The position numbers and the translations under genes were made by a program. Source: an uncultured Actinomycetes bacterium (lineage in GTDB: Bacteria; SZUA-79; Acidulodesulfobacterales; Acidulodesulfobacteraceae). Taken from it: a stretch of DNA of 64,000 bases. The notes beneath the pieces are model-generated. The model had not been told where the DNA came from and did not search any database. It was given only the letters and a program-made list of their open reading frames with translations. The stretch spans positions 32,001-96,000 of the forward strand of contig CAZVZU010000002.1 of assembly GCA_964631685.1 (NCBI GenBank), written 5' to 3'. Each line of letters starts with the position of its first letter. The stretch's first letter is position 1. Positions 61,788 to 64,000 of the stretch are shown piece by piece.

Positions 61788-62396
61788 TTAATTCCTTTCA
61801 ACCTGCGTAAAATCCAACTCTACAGGTGTAGCCCTGCCGAAAATAGAAACAAGGACTTCAAGTTTGCTCTTGTCCGGCTTTATATCATCTATTATCCCGT
61901 TAAAACTTGAAAATGGTCCTTCCGTTATTTTAACGCTATCACCCTTAGAGAACTCAATTCTTGCCTTTGGTCTTTTGATCCCTTCGGTAATCTGAGCGAC
62001 AATTTTTTCCATATCGGACTCATCAACAGCAACGGGATGTAATTGATCGCCAACAAACCCCGTGACCTTAGGTGTCCCCTTTAGCAAATGCCATGAGTCG
62101 GTATTTACATTCATTTTAACAAAGATATAACCGGGGAAGAACTTTCTCTTAACCTTTCTTTTTCCCCCTTTCATATTTTTTTCGATAACATCTTCCTTAG
62201 GCACGATGATATCTCCAAAATACATCTTAAATCCACTTGATGTAATCCTTTCCTCGAGAGCAAGCTTTACGCGGTCTTCAAAACCTGAGTATGTATGAAC
62301 CGCATACCATTTTTTGGGAAAACTTTCATCGTTTTCGGTACTTACATCAATATCACATGTATCAGTATCTTCAATTACGCTTTCGTCATCTATCAT
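61788..62396 (-). CDS. nusG: Transcription termination/antitermination factor NusG (acidic N-terminal extension)
   Basis: WYAVHTYSG.E, FFPGYIFV, TPKVTGFVG and IFGRATPVEL. Confidence 0.97.
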   Translation of the reverse strand: MIDDESVIEDTDTCDIDVSTENDESFPKKWYAVHTYSGFEDRVKLALEERITSSGFKMYFGDIIVPKEDVIEKNMKGGKRKVKRKFFPGYIFVKMNVNTDSWHLLKGTPKVTGFVGDQLHPVAVDESDMEKIVAQITEGIKRPKARIEFSKGDSVKITEGPFSSFNGIIDDIKPDKSKLEVLVSIFGRATPVELDFTQVERN

Positions 62397-62448
62397 TTTT
62401 GTGTTTTAAAACCTTTTTACCATTTTATAAAATTTAATATATTATAAC

Positions 62449-62694
62449 TTACAGATGAAAAAGATAAGAAAAAACTTTAGCAAAAAGCATATCGACAACG
62501 CCAAGAAAGGCAGTAACGATAACTATGAAAATAACAACAATATAAGTAGTTTTCGTAGCCTTATCTTTACTCGGCCACACGATTTTATTTAGCTCCGACC
62601 TCACTTCATACAAATACTGCTTAGCTTGTTTTATGAAGGATGCTCCTAAACCAATTACCGTTTTTGCCTGTCCCGAAATAGTGTTTTTTCTCAT
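62449..62694 (-). CDS. secE: Preprotein translocase subunit SecE
   Basis: ELNKIVWP followed by a TM helix; lies between tRNA-Trp and nusG. Confidence 0.93.
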   Translation of the reverse strand: MRKNTISGQAKTVIGLGASFIKQAKQYLYEVRSELNKIVWPSKDKATKTTYIVVIFIVIVTAFLGVVDMLFAKVFSYLFHL

Positions 62695-62708
62695 TTTATT
62701 ATTAATAA

Positions 62709-62785
62709 TGGCAGGCCAGGAGGGATTCGAACCCCCAACTCTCGGATTTGGAGTCCGACGCTCTAGCCGTTGGAGCTACTGGCCT
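62709..62785 (-). tRNA. tRNA-Trp (CCA)
   Basis: 77-nt cloverleaf: acceptor stem AGGCCAG/CTGGCCT, anticodon loop CTCCAAA, T loop TTCGAAT, encoded CCA end. Confidence 0.97.
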
Positions 62786-62801
62786 ATTCAAAAAATTATT
62801 A

Positions 62802-62951
62802 TTATTTTGTTTCCTTATGCATAGTGTGAGTTTTACAAAACTTGCAATACTTCTTTAATGTTAATTTCTCCGTAACAAGTTTTTTATTTTTAGTAGTTGT
62901 ATAATTTCTCTGTTTGCACTCGCCACATGCAAGTGTTATTATCTCTCTCAT
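62802..62951 (-). CDS. rpmG: 50S ribosomal protein L33 (zinc-ribbon type; absent from the supplied ORF track)
   Basis: Hand translation: [49 protein letters not shown] (49 aa). Confidence 0.96.
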   Translation of the reverse strand: MREIITLACGECKQRNYTTTKNKKLVTEKLTLKKYCKFCKTHTMHKETK

Positions 62952-64000
62952 TATTTTCTCTTACCCCTTTTTTCTATTTTACTTACTCTATAACCTCGGT
63001 TACGACTCCGGCGCCCACGGTGTGTCCGCCTTCTCTGATAGCAAATCTTAATTCCTTTTCTGCGGCTATCGGGGTAATAAGCTCAACCCTCATTGAGACA
63101 TTATCTCCCGGCATCACCATTTCAATACCTTCCGGCAGGGTGCAAACCCCGGTAACGTCAGTAGTTCTAAAATAGAACTGAGGACGATAACCGTTAAAGA
63201 ACGGGGTGTGGCGACCACCTTCCTCTTTGGTAAGAATATACGCTTCAATCTTAAATCTCTTATGAGGAGTTATTGAACCGGGTTTTGCTAATACCATGCC
63301 GCGTTCAACCTCTTCGCGTTTTTTACCCCTTAAAAGTATGCCGACGTTGTCGCCTGCCTGACCTTCGTCTAAGAGTTTTCTAAACATTTCTACGCCTGTC
63401 ACGACAGTCTTAGATGTCTCTCGCATTCCCACGAGTTCAACCTCATCTCCAACCTTTATTATTCCCCTTTCTACTCTGCCCGTTGCAACGGTTCCTCTTC
63501 CGGATATGGAAAACACATCTTCAACCGGCATAAGGAATGGTCTGTCAATATCCCTTTTAGGAACCGGAATATATTTATCTACTGCATCCATGAGATCGAC
63601 TATTTTCTGAGTCCATTCATTGTCAGATTCTGCCTCAAGGGCTTTAAGAGCCGAACCCTGTATTACAGGAACATCATCTCCTGGAAAATTATAAGACGTA
63701 AGCAGCTCCCTTACCTCGAGTTCTACAAGCTCAAGAAGCTCAGGATCATCTACCATATCAACCTTATTCAAAAATACCACTATGTAGGGAACGCCAACCT
63801 GGCGAGCCAAAAGTATATGCTCTCTGGTCTGAGGCATTGGTCCGTCGGCAGCCGAAACAACAAGTATTGCTCCATCCATTTGAGCTGCGCCGGTAATCAT
63901 ATTCTTAACATAATCGGCATGACCAGGGCAATCGACATGTGCATAGTGTCTTTTATCCGTAGTATACTCAACATGAGATGTCGCTATCGTAATGCCCCTT
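62950..64000. repeat. Direct repeat copy 2 (tuf plus 3' spacer); matches 46544-47594
   Basis: See copy 1. Confidence 0.9.
62983..64000 (-). CDS. tuf: Elongation factor Tu, second copy (5' end lies outside the window)
   Basis: Same protein sequence as 46577-47767; frame is open to the window edge. Confidence 0.97.
   Translation of the reverse strand, partial: RGITIATSHVEYTTDKRHYAHVDCPGHADYVKNMITGAAQMDGAILVVSAADGPMPQTREHILLARQVGVPYIVVFLNKVDMVDDPELLELVELEVRELLTSYNFPGDDVPVIQGSALKALEAESDNEWTQKIVDLMDAVDKYIPVPKRDIDRPFLMPVEDVFSISGRGTVATGRVERGIIKVGDEVELVGMRETSKTVVTGVEMFRKLLDEGQAGDNVGILLRGKKREEVERGMVLAKPGSITPHKRFKIEAYILTKEEGGRHTPFFNGYRPQFYFRTTDVTGVCTLPEGIEMVMPGDNVSMRVELITPIAAEKELRFAIREGGHTVGAGVVTEVIE

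Noticed and set aside
46544..64000. Mobile element or prophage bounded by direct repeats
   Set aside because: The repeats are the two tuf genes flanking essential core genes. No integrase or transposase is present in the window.

Overview
Low-GC bacterial chromosome segment (about 35% GC by eye), almost entirely minus-strand coding. The core proteins and gene order look deltaproteobacterial. The low GC and the very basic exported proteins suggest an acidophile such as Ca. Acidulodesulfobacterales, but this is unchecked inference. About 33 kb (31.6-64 kb) is the contiguous transcription/translation supercluster: tuf-rpmG-tRNA-Trp-secE-nusG-rplKAJL-rpoBC-rpsLG-fusA-tuf-S10-spc-alpha. It lacks rpmD (L30), and RpoC and NusG carry acidic N-terminal extensions. 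About 20 kb (11.5-31.4 kb) is housekeeping: trpEGDCFBA-accD-folC-lptD-rfbB-rfbD, a Met-repeat monoheme cytochrome, a methyltransferase, and rsmE-smc-ftsY. The most interesting part is 3.2-11.4 kb. A Cys-containing TetR gene and a pentaheme c-type lipoprotein gene converge on an 8-gene operon: triheme cytochrome c, enlarged YeeE/YedE, a Cys-rich TusA paralog, TusA, a DsrE/F/H-like trio and an exported tandem rhodanese. The operon promoter carries a NemR-like operator, and ccdA plus a TlpA/ResA thioredoxin lie upstream. Together this looks like a cytochrome-coupled, trans-envelope sulfane-sulfur relay. No CRISPR, rRNA or mobile element was seen. All calls come from reading motifs by eye; no searches were run.
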